Below are positions 1-8,535 of a stretch of 34,820 bases of DNA, piece by piece. Below the pieces are notes generated by a model. That model did no database searches. It saw nothing but the letters and a program-made list of their open reading frames with translations, and had not been told where the DNA came from. Every line of letters begins with the position of its first letter. Positions within the stretch are counted from its first letter, which is position 1. The stretch is from a virus (taxonomy: Duplodnaviria; Caudoviricetes). The translations under genes and the position numbers were made by a program. The stretch is taken from positions 1 to 34,820 of IMG/VR virus record IMGVR_UViG_3300038674_000863, one strand, 5' to 3'.

Positions 1-519
1 ATGAATGACTGGTCAAAATTTATCATAGAGCCATTAAGCCCGGCACATGACCGGTCAGGGTTTAAGTGTGGAATTGATAGTTTGGACAACTACATAAAAA
101 GGCAGGCCAATCAGGATATCAAGAGGCAAATCAGCCGGGTTTATGTAGCTGTAAACATTGAAAAGCCCAATAAAATTATGGGTTATTACACCCTGAGCAG
201 CCTTTCTATAGAACTGAACCAATTACCGGAAGAGTTATTAAAAAAATTACCAAAGCACCCAATCCCTGCTGCGCTTATAGGAAGACTCGCCGTTGACAAA
301 TCGGTGCATGGTAATGGAATTGGCAAGATGTTATTGGCTGATGCATTAAAGCGGATATTAGTGATCAGCGATGAGATTGCCATATACGCAGTGGTTGTGG
401 ATGCTATTAATGATAAGGCAAAAGGTTTTTACAAGCAATATGGCTTTCAATCACTAGGTGAAGAAACTCCCAGGCTGTTTTTACCTCTTAAGACAATAAC
501 TTTTAGTGCTAATGATTAG
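1..519 (+). CDS. GNAT family N-acetyltransferase (AtaT/TacT-like toxin type), outside the prophage
   Basis: HDRSGFKCG..LDNY N-terminus, ALIGRLAVD..HGNGIG acetyl-CoA motif, VVVDAIND.AKGFY..YGF; a cognate antitoxin would lie upstream of the window. Confidence 0.85.
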   Translation: MNDWSKFIIEPLSPAHDRSGFKCGIDSLDNYIKRQANQDIKRQISRVYVAVNIEKPNKIMGYYTLSSLSIELNQLPEELLKKLPKHPIPAALIGRLAVDKSVHGNGIGKMLLADALKRILVISDEIAIYAVVVDAINDKAKGFYKQYGFQSLGEETPRLFLPLKTITFSAND

Positions 520-535
520 AGTGCAAGGGAATGTT

Positions 536-802
536 ATGGCAGTGGGATGGGCAAAAGATAACGGGGTGCAGGATCAGATAGATGCCACAGTGGAATCTGC
601 GGTTCAGCTCGCTAAAAGCAGGTTGCCAAAGGGTGAAAGCCTGACCCATTGCGAGGAATGCGAGGCGGAGATACCTGAGGCAAGGCGAAAGGCATTGCCA
701 GGGGTAAGGCTTTGTGTCACGTGCCAGTCAGAACTGGAGAAAAGGCTTAAGAGTAATGACCTCTACAACCGGAGAGGCAGCAAAGACAGCCAGTTGAAAT
801 AG
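536..802 (+). CDS. DksA/TraR C4-type zinc finger protein (YbiI-like)
   Basis: MAVGWA..QDQI N-terminus and CEEC..IPEARRKALPGVRLCVTCQ; start moved to ATG 536. Confidence 0.88.
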   Translation: MAVGWAKDNGVQDQIDATVESAVQLAKSRLPKGESLTHCEECEAEIPEARRKALPGVRLCVTCQSELEKRLKSNDLYNRRGSKDSQLK

Positions 803-839
803 TTGCTTTCATGCTTTACCCTTCATATCTCAGCCATTA

Positions 840-890
840 TGTCGAACAAAACAAATTCTGCGACTAAACTAAACAAATTCTGCGACTAAA
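840..890. repeat. Prophage end (equivalent of Mu attR): TG plus two tandem 22-bp putative transposase-binding sites
   Basis: TG at 840-841; AACAAAACAAATTCTGCGACTA (845-866) and AACTAAACAAATTCTGCGACTA (867-888), 21/22 identical; possible degenerate third site near 911-931; predicted 5-bp target duplication CATTA (835-839). Confidence 0.8.
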
Positions 891-1003
891 AAACCCCTCC
901 AAATTTTGGCAAAACAAATCCTGTTCGATTTGGATACCCTCTTCGACAGGTTTTGATGAAACTGTTTTAACGATTTATTATTTTGTGCACACCCGAAAAA
1001 TCG

Positions 1004-1762
1004 TTAAAAATTATAGATTAAAAGTTCTTTTCCCTCCTTACCCTGATTCTTATTTACTGTGTATTTCAGTGAAACACTTTTAATCTTAAAACCCTTAAAA
1101 ACCTCTCTCATCTCCGGGAGATCATTAATACTTAAAATGAATTTACCTTTCAATCCGGCTAGTAATTCCGTCATCTCCTGGTAGTCCTTCAGTTCCATAT
1201 TATGGTTATAAAAAGGAGCATTATAATAAGGTGGGTCAAGGTAAAAAAAGACATTCGGCCTGTCATACACAGTTATAAATTTCTGGTATGGCAGGTTCTC
1301 TATATTCACCCTGGACAGCCTCAAATGTACTTCCGAAAGCTCCTCTTCAATCCTCAGCAAATTAATCTTCGGCCTCTTCAATGGCCCTAGGCTGAATATC
1401 CGGCTTTTCACTTTCCCGCCGAATGAGTGCTGCTGTAGATAATAATATCTGGCCGCCCTCTGAATATCTGTTAACCCTCCGGCGTCCTGCTGCCGTTTCC
1501 AATCCTCGAACCATTCCCTGGAAGAAAGCAGCCATTTAAACTGCCTTAAAAACTCTTCTAAATGGTTTTGAAGCACCCTGTAAAAGCGGACCAGGTCACT
1601 ATCCAGATCATTAATCGTCTCGTACTTACTGGGTTCTTTTCTGAAAAAAACCCAGCCTGCGCCTGCAAAACCCTCACAGTATCCATCATGCTTCGGGATC
1701 ATGTTAACGATCGTCTCCGACAGTTTGCTTTTCCCCCCAATATATGCGAGTGGACTATTCAT
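1004..1762 (-). CDS. DNA adenine methyltransferase (D12 class, Dam-like) in the position of Mu mom
   Basis: YIGGKSKL, EGFAGAG (motif I), INDLD, YLDPPY (motif IV); AAGGAGG RBS. Confidence 0.92.
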   Translation of the reverse strand: MNSPLAYIGGKSKLSETIVNMIPKHDGYCEGFAGAGWVFFRKEPSKYETINDLDSDLVRFYRVLQNHLEEFLRQFKWLLSSREWFEDWKRQQDAGGLTDIQRAARYYYLQQHSFGGKVKSRIFSLGPLKRPKINLLRIEEELSEVHLRLSRVNIENLPYQKFITVYDRPNVFFYLDPPYYNAPFYNHNMELKDYQEMTELLAGLKGKFILSINDLPEMREVFKGFKIKSVSLKYTVNKNQGKEGKELLIYNF

Positions 1763-1773
1763 TCTCGGCCTCC

Positions 1774-1802
1774 TTTACAAATGGTTCCAGCTCTGCTTTA
1801 AT
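1774..1802 (+). promoter_or_regulatory. Putative sigma70 promoter divergent from dam, overlapping the dam RBS
   Basis: TTTACA-17 bp-TTTAAT with TGn extension. Confidence 0.45.
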
Positions 1803-1808
1803 TGCCAC

Positions 1809-1906
1809 GCTCTCGCGGGAGCTTGGGACATATCCGGAAACGGGTTGATCCAATGCGCGAACATTGGGTCAGTGTAGGAGGGCGGTTTCCTCCTCGCCCG
1901 TTCCAA
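1809..1906 (+). ncRNA. Candidate structured small RNA antisense to the dam leader
   Basis: Hairpins GCTC/GAGC, CCG-GAAA-CGG, TGATCCAATG/CATTGGGTCA and AGGAGG/CCTCCT; closing stem TTGGGAC/GTTCCAA; follows the promoter above. Confidence 0.4.
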
Positions 1907-1911
1907 TACAA

Positions 1912-2154
1912 TCATACCAACAAAAGGGTATTAACTGCAGGCCGCACATCGGCTGCGGCCTGAATTATAAATTTTTGTTTGTTCTCATCACGGCCACAGA
2001 TCACTGTGGCTCCAACCTCCAGACTTAGTGTCGTATTAACCCAGGTAGTTGTATCACCGGCGGTTATCTGCACACGCTGGCCAGCGGTATCAATGGCCAT
2101 AACCTCGCCATACAAAAAGCTTCCTTTAACCTTCTTTAAAAGCTTTTCAATCAT
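1912..2154 (-). CDS. Hypothetical tail-region protein (small, beta-rich)
   Basis: 80-aa ORF coupled by ATGA overlap to the upstream gene. Confidence 0.6.
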   Translation of the reverse strand: MIEKLLKKVKGSFLYGEVMAIDTAGQRVQITAGDTTTWVNTTLSLEVGATVICGRDENKQKFIIQAAADVRPAVNTLLLV

Positions 2155-2732
2155 CGTTTAAGCCCTATATATTTTCGAGTTTCAACAGCATTTACCAGGC
2201 TGTTTTGCGTGCCAGTTATTGTAATCTCCGTGATCTGGCTCAGGTCATTAATTCCGCGCCTGGATGAGTTCACGCCCAGGATCTGGCCGGGCTCAATCTC
2301 CGGCAGATGTGTGCCCAGGCTGATGTCTCTTATAATGGCCGCATGGGTATGGCCGTCGATCTCAGCGGTTGCCCTGGCCGTGATCAGGCTGCTGTTACGA
2401 TAGATGGCATGAGATATCTCATCCATCTCGATAAATTCTTTAATTTTAAATATTTTGGTCGTGTCCCCGTTTTGCCCGTCAACTATCAAATGCCAGGCAT
2501 ACTCATCCTGAAATAATGTCACCGGTACTATGGCTCCAACCTCATTTGTAAGGGTAACCTCCAGGGCTGAACCGTACCCGGTTGTCTCCCCGCTCGCCTG
2601 CATATTGGTGCGAGCCTGTGCATCGGTCTGTGTCAGATACAGTTCAACAAGCACAGCGCTTCCAGTGTCTGATAGTCTCACAAACCAGACCCGGTTTTCT
2701 GCTATGTTCCAATTTACAACCGATAATGCCAT
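2151..2732 (-). CDS. Hypothetical tail-region protein
   Basis: 193-aa ORF with GAGG RBS, in the late operon. Confidence 0.65.
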   Translation of the reverse strand: MALSVVNWNIAENRVWFVRLSDTGSAVLVELYLTQTDAQARTNMQASGETTGYGSALEVTLTNEVGAIVPVTLFQDEYAWHLIVDGQNGDTTKIFKIKEFIEMDEISHAIYRNSSLITARATAEIDGHTHAAIIRDISLGTHLPEIEPGQILGVNSSRRGINDLSQITEITITGTQNSLVNAVETRKYIGLKR

Positions 2733-2750
2733 TTGAACCTCTTTTTAACC

Positions 2751-2774
2751 GGGCGAATGATTATTCGCCCCTAC
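2751..2774 (-). repeat. GTAG-type REP-like palindrome
   Basis: GTAG-GGGCGAAT-AATC-ATTCGCCC on the - strand, intergenic. Confidence 0.7.
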
Positions 2775-2799
2775 TTTTTCCGTAAACCGCTACACTCTA

Positions 2800-3825
2800 C
2801 TATACCACCTCATGCACAACCGAACTTACCCTGTGGGCCGTGACAGACCTGAAGGCTGGTGTGGCTTTAATCGCCTGCAGGTGCAGAGCAAAATTGTTAA
2901 ACACCTCGCCATCAGAGGCTTCCAGGATCATCATAAAGTTATTAAAAACCGTGCCGTCAGCGGCTTCCAGGATCATTTTAAAATCCTTATATCTATTTTT
3001 TGCTGCTTCCAACAGAAGCTGGAACGACTCTTTCTTCTGGCTCAACGCCTCCAGAAGCATCACAAAATCCTTATATGTGGTTGTTAATTTTATCGCTTCA
3101 AGTATCATCTGAAAATCCCTGAATTCCAGTCCGTCATGTGCCTGTAAAATCATCTGCATGTTATCGTATTTTTGATGATAGGCTGCAAGATCAAGAGAAA
3201 AATCTTCAAGCATTAAATCAGGTATTACTGTCCCAGAGTTAACCACAAAATTATCAAAATCCGTAGTAGTTGCTCCATTAAAGTCTGCCGATACAAAAAC
3301 TCTAACGGTCATATCGCTGAGATCAGCACTCGAAAAAGAATACCCGCTTGTATTCCCATTCCATTCCCATTGTGAGTTCACCCACAAATACCCTTTAACA
3401 TTACCTGATGTATCTCTTGTGAGCTTCATTTTTGATGATGTAATTTGCGGTGAAACCTTTATTTGAACATTATCCCCGCCGTTACTATAAACAAATATGT
3501 AATGCACGGTCGGAGTCCTCTGAAAACCAATATAATATCGGTATGTGCTCCCATAAACTCTCAGATCACCTAAAAACGAAACAGACGAAGAGGGCGATGT
3601 GTATGAAATATTTTCGTAATCTATCTGGATATCGAACTCTCCTGAAAGCTCAAAATTTGATATTATTTGTATGCTTTCATCGTTAGCCGATAAAGGTATC
3701 GATATTCTTAATTTATTATTATTTAGTAAACATGTGCCTGATGCGCTGCCATTATTTACTGTCCATATGTCAGGATTAGGTGATGTACCATTTGGCCCTG
3801 TAAAAGTGTCATCAACCCATGCCAT
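2800..3825 (-). CDS. Putative receptor-binding/tail accessory protein: lectin/LamG-like N domain plus repeated C-terminal stalk
   Basis: WVDDTFTG..PNPDIW start and DFDNFVV end of a beta-sandwich-like domain; about 8 repeats of F-x-(M/L)-x-L-(E/Q)-A. Confidence 0.5.
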   Translation of the reverse strand: MAWVDDTFTGPNGTSPNPDIWTVNNGSASGTCLLNNNKLRISIPLSANDESIQIISNFELSGEFDIQIDYENISYTSPSSSVSFLGDLRVYGSTYRYYIGFQRTPTVHYIFVYSNGGDNVQIKVSPQITSSKMKLTRDTSGNVKGYLWVNSQWEWNGNTSGYSFSSADLSDMTVRVFVSADFNGATTTDFDNFVVNSGTVIPDLMLEDFSLDLAAYHQKYDNMQMILQAHDGLEFRDFQMILEAIKLTTTYKDFVMLLEALSQKKESFQLLLEAAKNRYKDFKMILEAADGTVFNNFMMILEASDGEVFNNFALHLQAIKATPAFRSVTAHRVSSVVHEVV

Positions 3826-3829
3826 TTAA

Positions 3830-4273
3830 TTACCCACCCACAATTGTTGAAATTACAGTTCCTGGCAAACCGATTTTCCAGCCTGTTGTATTACTGCCAT
3901 GCCATTCTTTTCCCCACGGTTTTCTATCTCTCCAGATTTTTTTGTCGCCAATAAGAAAGCGATCTACAGTGTTCAAGCCTGGAAGTTTTCCTAAAAAACA
4001 TATTGTTTTCATAACGGCTCTTCCTTTTCCCCCTCCCCCAAATGACTGAACCGCATCTATAAAAAAATTGTATCGCTCCATACCCGACAGCACAATTCTA
4101 TGCCCTGTCGGCAGGTAAAACTCCAGTTTTTCAATCACCCGATTAAACAGCTCACTGCTCCATCCTGGATCTGTATTGCGTATATCCGGAGTAACATATT
4201 CTTTTGGCGGAAGACTGCCTGCAAAGGTCACCTTAATCCTCCATGCCATTTCATTTTTGAATAAAATATGCAT
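3830..4273 (-). CDS. Hypothetical tail-region protein
   Basis: 147-aa ORF with TAATG coupling to the upstream gene. Confidence 0.6.
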   Translation of the reverse strand: MHILFKNEMAWRIKVTFAGSLPPKEYVTPDIRNTDPGWSSELFNRVIEKLEFYLPTGHRIVLSGMERYNFFIDAVQSFGGGGKGRAVMKTICFLGKLPGLNTVDRFLIGDKKIWRDRKPWGKEWHGSNTTGWKIGLPGTVISTIVGG

Positions 4274-4944
4274 TACGAATATGTAAACCTCAACGCCAGC
4301 ACAATATCCGAGTCCGACACTGCAGCCAGTGTATACGGGATTACCTGCTTAATGTTAAAATACAAATTTTTCGCCCCTGCCAATGCACCTGTATCAAGAG
4401 ACAGTCGATAGCTGGCTCCTGCAATCGGGGAACCAGCCCATGTTGCAGATCCTGGTGCCGCATTTGTGGTGGTGATCCCTAAAAGGGTAGAATCGGTCGG
4501 GGAAGACGTATCAACGCCATTTCCCCCCAATAATGTTTTTATAATCGTTGAGTGTGAGCTATTGTCCCAGGCTTCCAGATATGGAACACTTGCAGTTGCT
4601 CCGTCAAAATAAATGGCAAATACATACCTGGTATTCCCACCACTCTGTCCTCCGTTTGTAGTTCCTGCAAGAGGCACCTGATCATATATAGCCGCTGAGG
4701 CATCTTTAACAAACGTTTTAGGAACTTCAATTGATCCTGATTCCGGAATAAGCCCCGCATACTTTGTGCCGGAAATCGGGTCACCGTCTGTCTGCTGGTT
4801 ATCCAAAAACAGCAGAGCGTCGTTAGTCAAGTCAATTACTACCCAGTTAGATGACGAGTCCCCTGCGCCTCCAGATGCATTTCCGGTGTTCGCACCGTCA
4901 TTCGCAGTATTGTTATAAAGCCAGTAGGTATTAGGTAGTGCCAT
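4273..4944 (-). CDS. Putative virion structural (tail) protein
   Basis: 223-aa G/T/S/A-rich beta-type ORF with GGGG RBS. Confidence 0.6.
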   Translation of the reverse strand: MALPNTYWLYNNTANDGANTGNASGGAGDSSSNWVVIDLTNDALLFLDNQQTDGDPISGTKYAGLIPESGSIEVPKTFVKDASAAIYDQVPLAGTTNGGQSGGNTRYVFAIYFDGATASVPYLEAWDNSSHSTIIKTLLGGNGVDTSSPTDSTLLGITTTNAAPGSATWAGSPIAGASYRLSLDTGALAGAKNLYFNIKQVIPYTLAAVSDSDIVLALRFTYS

Positions 4945-5305
4945 TTTTTACCCCCTTTAAAATTTCATCTATTGTTAACTTGCTGTATTCTTCATATCCG
5001 CAGCCTTTACCAGTGCAGCAGGCTGCTCCGCATAGAAAGTATGTTCTGTATCCCTCTTTGTATTTATCAGATTGACTACTGATAGCAGACGCATTTAATA
5101 TTCTGCCACAAACTGGACACAACATTAGACCAGCCTTTTTAGTCACCCTCGATTCGACTTGTCTGGGTTGCATGAGCTTCGGCGGATTTGCACTTAGTGC
5201 GTCGTGTAGGGTGATGCCATTGGCATAAGCATGCCGAGACATATTGATTATCTCGGCAATCTGCTTGCCAGTAAAGATATTATCCCATGCGTCAAATTTG
5301 ATCAT
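4931..5305 (-). CDS. Cys-rich hypothetical protein (possible metal-binding tail assembly factor)
   Basis: CPVC...CGAACCTGKGC; start set at the ATGA overlap with the upstream stop. Confidence 0.6.
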   Translation of the reverse strand: MIKFDAWDNIFTGKQIAEIINMSRHAYANGITLHDALSANPPKLMQPRQVESRVTKKAGLMLCPVCGRILNASAISSQSDKYKEGYRTYFLCGAACCTGKGCGYEEYSKLTIDEILKGVKNGTT

Positions 5306-7947
5306 TCTCCACACCCCCATTGCCAAGCTTTTGACCCTCTAATCCAACAGACTGTATAGGCATCTGGACATCCTGGGTTATCTGGAACAGTGTCATCCCA
5401 TGAAAAGAATTCTGTGCATCCTGGGTTAGTTATGCAGTTTGTAACCCCACATACATCAGGTATGCAGTTCGTACACCAATACTGGAGATACTTATATATA
5501 CCGTCTGTAACCTCTTTATACTCAGGAGTGTTAAACATTCCGCACTCGTAGATAAGCTCCCATTCGCCAGCCACATTACGAAGTGCGCCAGAAACTACAT
5601 CCCCACAATCATCAGTAACAGATATACTCACAGTTGCATCATAGTCCACTCCACACACACCCTCCACACAGGTTATTTGATTCTGTCCTACTTCGGTTTC
5701 TGACACTAGTAGGCTGTATCCATTGCCACTCACACTCCACTGATAAGGCCCTCTCCCACCAGTCACATATAGGGTCACAGATGATCCTTTAACAATAGTT
5801 TCTGGGTTGTTTACAGTGTCCCACTCCATGCCCTCTGCACATTCGCACTGACCCTGGCAGTGGGCAAGAGCCTCGGCTTTCAGCTCTGCATATTTTTCCC
5901 AGTATTCCGGGCTTCCCTCTTCGCAGGCGCATTGCTCAACAGCTAGATCGGATATATTTCTTCCGCTTCCTTCGTCGTAACCCTGTGTCGTGCCGTATAT
6001 ATCAAACTCCTCATTGCACAGCAGCTCACAGTCACAGTCGTGTTCCAGGGCTGTGGCAAAGCGGTCACCTGTAGTCCCCTTGTCTGGTACACACCAGTTA
6101 TAGTCCGCTTGCTCTGTGGCTGGATCCTCTGTAGTAGGGTCATATGTATCCTCGTCTGCATCGTCTAGCCCGCCCCAGCCACCGTCATCATCGTCATCTT
6201 CTTGATCTGCAGGCGCTGTACCAGCAGGATTTGTTTTATCAGTTACAGTTACGGTAACCTGATCCGATACACCCTCTTCACGGCTGCTAAGTATGCTGGC
6301 TTTGAGCAAAGTTTCCCCGATATGCGACCCTGTAAATGTATTAATAGCTGCTCCCTGAGCAGTGTAGTAAGCAAATAAATCGATTCCCGAGGCTAAATAG
6401 GTATTAAGGGTTACCAGCTTGCCGTCGTGGGAACTGTACAGATTTGGCCCTACAGGCTCATCATTCTCAGCTCTTCTGATTGACGTAACGCTGGCTGGAT
6501 ACATGGATAGCTCGCACTGAGTAAGACCTGCCACTTCATTGATCACGACTGTTTTCTCTTTGGAGATGCTCACTGCGCCTAATGTAGCATGGGACCATCG
6601 TAATGACCCCTTTTTGAGTTTGCTCACATCAGATAGATAGACTGTCCGCCCAGTTGTTACAGGACCCCCTTCTTCAACGTAAACCAATAGGGTAGACTTA
6701 CTGCCAACCTGTATGGACGATGGCGCTGCTGATAGTTTTATTGTTGGGGGGCACTGGCACTGATTGCCAATATAAACAATGCCTGTATCCTGCTGTCCCT
6801 CAAGATCTGCTGTTATTGTCACATCTTCGGCAATAAAACCTGCCTGTATATAATTAACAGCTATCCCCTGGGCGAAATATGATACAACAACAGTCTGATC
6901 ACAGTATGTCAGTTTATTCGTAAGAGTGATAGTGTTCCCGTCAATAGTGTACCCACCATCCGCAAAGTTGGTTTTGCGTGCTGTGTCGGCTAAGGCCCAT
7001 ACTCCCAGTACTGAACTTGGTGGAATATCCACTTTAACAGTGTAAAAATTATCAGCCTTCTGCTGTTCAGCCTGAATTAAAATCTCCTGAGTATTGGTCT
7101 TATCATAATCCATTGTAGCCGACGTGCCGTCATGACTCCAGGTAACAACCAGCCCGTTCACAGGTTCACCATCCGGGTCTGTCACCCTGGCGAAAACCTT
7201 CCGTTTTGACGTAGCATCCGCCTGCAGGCACCGATTAGGGATATGTAGATTAATAGAATAGCTGCCCAGGGAACCTATAGGCGTAATGCGCACCCGGTTT
7301 GCAAATGCCGGCCACTCCGGGGATTCGAGGATCTCGGAAATATCCGCATCGGTTAAGATAATATCGGCCACAGAGGGAGAGTAATCGATCTTCTTAATAC
7401 ATAAATGGCCGAGCCGGTCTGTGGTAACAACCGCACCGGCCAACATGGCCAGCTCGGTGATAACATCGATAGGGTACAGGTTTTCAGCCTCGTAGGTGTA
7501 TGGGAAAATAACAAAATCATCTATGTCGCTGTAAGCCGAATTCCAGGTGAACCCGGCCAGATCGCACATCTCTTCACAGATAGCAAAAAACGTGGTTTGA
7601 GATTTCCATACTTTAGTTATTTTTGATGCAAAGGGCTCGGATAGCACAGCGGTCTGTGATCTGCCCCAGACACCCTGCATGATCTCGGAGTTTACAGCCG
7701 TTGCCAGGGCCGGGCGCTCGATGAAGAATTTACCTTGGGAATAAAAAGTGGCGCCGTTTTTTGTGAATATCTCAATCTCCGGAGATTCGGAGATCTGGGA
7801 GAAGTCAAGAGAGCTGTAATAATCCGGGTCCGCAAAATCCAAATTCATCTCACGGCAGAAATTGGTTAGACTGCAGGTAATAGAAAACCCACTGATATGG
7901 GAGGTAATATCAACGCCGTTTAATTCTATTTTCCAACCGTATGCCAT
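5302..7947 (-). CDS. Large tail tip/hub protein with Ig-like domains, acidic linker and Cys-rich C-terminus
   Basis: Second gene after the tape measure; VTDPDGEPVNGLVVTWS Big-1-like motif, TGGRGPYQWSV Ig-like motif; probable start MAYGWK at 7947 (upstream extension is repeat-derived). Confidence 0.7.
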   Translation of the reverse strand: MAYGWKIELNGVDITSHISGFSITCSLTNFCREMNLDFADPDYYSSLDFSQISESPEIEIFTKNGATFYSQGKFFIERPALATAVNSEIMQGVWGRSQTAVLSEPFASKITKVWKSQTTFFAICEEMCDLAGFTWNSAYSDIDDFVIFPYTYEAENLYPIDVITELAMLAGAVVTTDRLGHLCIKKIDYSPSVADIILTDADISEILESPEWPAFANRVRITPIGSLGSYSINLHIPNRCLQADATSKRKVFARVTDPDGEPVNGLVVTWSHDGTSATMDYDKTNTQEILIQAEQQKADNFYTVKVDIPPSSVLGVWALADTARKTNFADGGYTIDGNTITLTNKLTYCDQTVVVSYFAQGIAVNYIQAGFIAEDVTITADLEGQQDTGIVYIGNQCQCPPTIKLSAAPSSIQVGSKSTLLVYVEEGGPVTTGRTVYLSDVSKLKKGSLRWSHATLGAVSISKEKTVVINEVAGLTQCELSMYPASVTSIRRAENDEPVGPNLYSSHDGKLVTLNTYLASGIDLFAYYTAQGAAINTFTGSHIGETLLKASILSSREEGVSDQVTVTVTDKTNPAGTAPADQEDDDDDGGWGGLDDADEDTYDPTTEDPATEQADYNWCVPDKGTTGDRFATALEHDCDCELLCNEEFDIYGTTQGYDEGSGRNISDLAVEQCACEEGSPEYWEKYAELKAEALAHCQGQCECAEGMEWDTVNNPETIVKGSSVTLYVTGGRGPYQWSVSGNGYSLLVSETEVGQNQITCVEGVCGVDYDATVSISVTDDCGDVVSGALRNVAGEWELIYECGMFNTPEYKEVTDGIYKYLQYWCTNCIPDVCGVTNCITNPGCTEFFSWDDTVPDNPGCPDAYTVCWIRGSKAWQWGCGE

Positions 7948-7962
7948 ATTAGCCTTTTTTTT

Positions 7963-8014
7963 GCGCAAGGCGCAAAGTGCAAAGCGATTCAACGCCATGC
8001 CCTATGCGCTATGC
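7963..8014. repeat. Heptamer tandem repeats (GCATAGS / GCAAAG family) forming an imperfect hairpin
   Basis: gcgcaag-gcgcaaa-gtgcaaa-gcg ... cgccatg-ccctatg-cgctatgc at a gene junction. Confidence 0.7.
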
Positions 8015-8506
8015 ACTAATCACCTCTAATACCATCTTAAAATCCTGCGTCAGTTCAACCAATTCTGCGACTACTATCAGATTTATTTCATAACTATAAA
8101 TCTCGTGGCCATGCTGCGCCCAGAATAGATTTTTCCTGTATTTAAACCCGTTGGGCCTGGCAAATCGAACCCGCCAGATCCTAAAACCATCAGTAAAAAA
8201 ATACTCTCCATCTATAATATCATGAATGGCCTTTAGAGCGGCCACCGTCTCTGCAGAGAGCGCATCAGACTCAGAAAAAGAGATGCGTCCATCGCCCGCT
8301 ATAACACCGAAGTCCTGAACCACAACCCCGCCCAAGGTCTGGATCACACTACCTCTGCCAACCTCACCGGCATCAAAATCGTATGTGCCGAATATAGGAG
8401 GCTGATCTAATACAACCAGGGTAGCAGGAGCGGGGCTGGCATTCGCCGGGTCCGTTGTCGGCTGTATATCGGTGCTATAAAATGCAAAATCTTTCTGTTT
8501 AACCAT
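8009..8506 (-). CDS. Putative distal tail protein
   Basis: 165 aa, immediately after the tape measure gene. Confidence 0.55.
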   Translation of the reverse strand: MVKQKDFAFYSTDIQPTTDPANASPAPATLVVLDQPPIFGTYDFDAGEVGRGSVIQTLGGVVVQDFGVIAGDGRISFSESDALSAETVAALKAIHDIIDGEYFFTDGFRIWRVRFARPNGFKYRKNLFWAQHGHEIYSYEINLIVVAELVELTQDFKMVLEVISA

Positions 8507-8535
8507 TTCTTGAACCTTGAATTTTCAATCTCGAA

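Noticed and set aside
1-802. GNAT and TraR/DksA genes as prophage cargo
   Set aside because: They lie outside the TG end and on the opposite strand; the GNAT toxin role cannot be confirmed without the upstream antitoxin.
845-931. CRISPR array or iterons
   Set aside because: Only two abutting 22-bp units with no spacers, directly after a TG terminus; this fits a Mu-type end.
1823-1906. tRNA gene (multibranch fold ending near CCA)
   Set aside because: No T-loop GTTCRA, D-loop or 7-nt anticodon loop; kept only as a candidate sRNA.
1912-7947. Diversity-generating retroelement or invertible tail-fibre segment
   Set aside because: No reverse transcriptase or invertase ORF, and I found no TR/VR pair or flanking inverted sites by eye.
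7948-7998. N-terminal extensions in the ORF track (also 23119-23160, 28603-28713, 14098-14127)
   Set aside because: They run through repeats or upstream genes; downstream starts have better RBS.
7955-8014. Intrinsic terminator
   Set aside because: The hairpin is followed by an A run on the mRNA strand, and the T run precedes it on the + strand, so the geometry fits neither direction.
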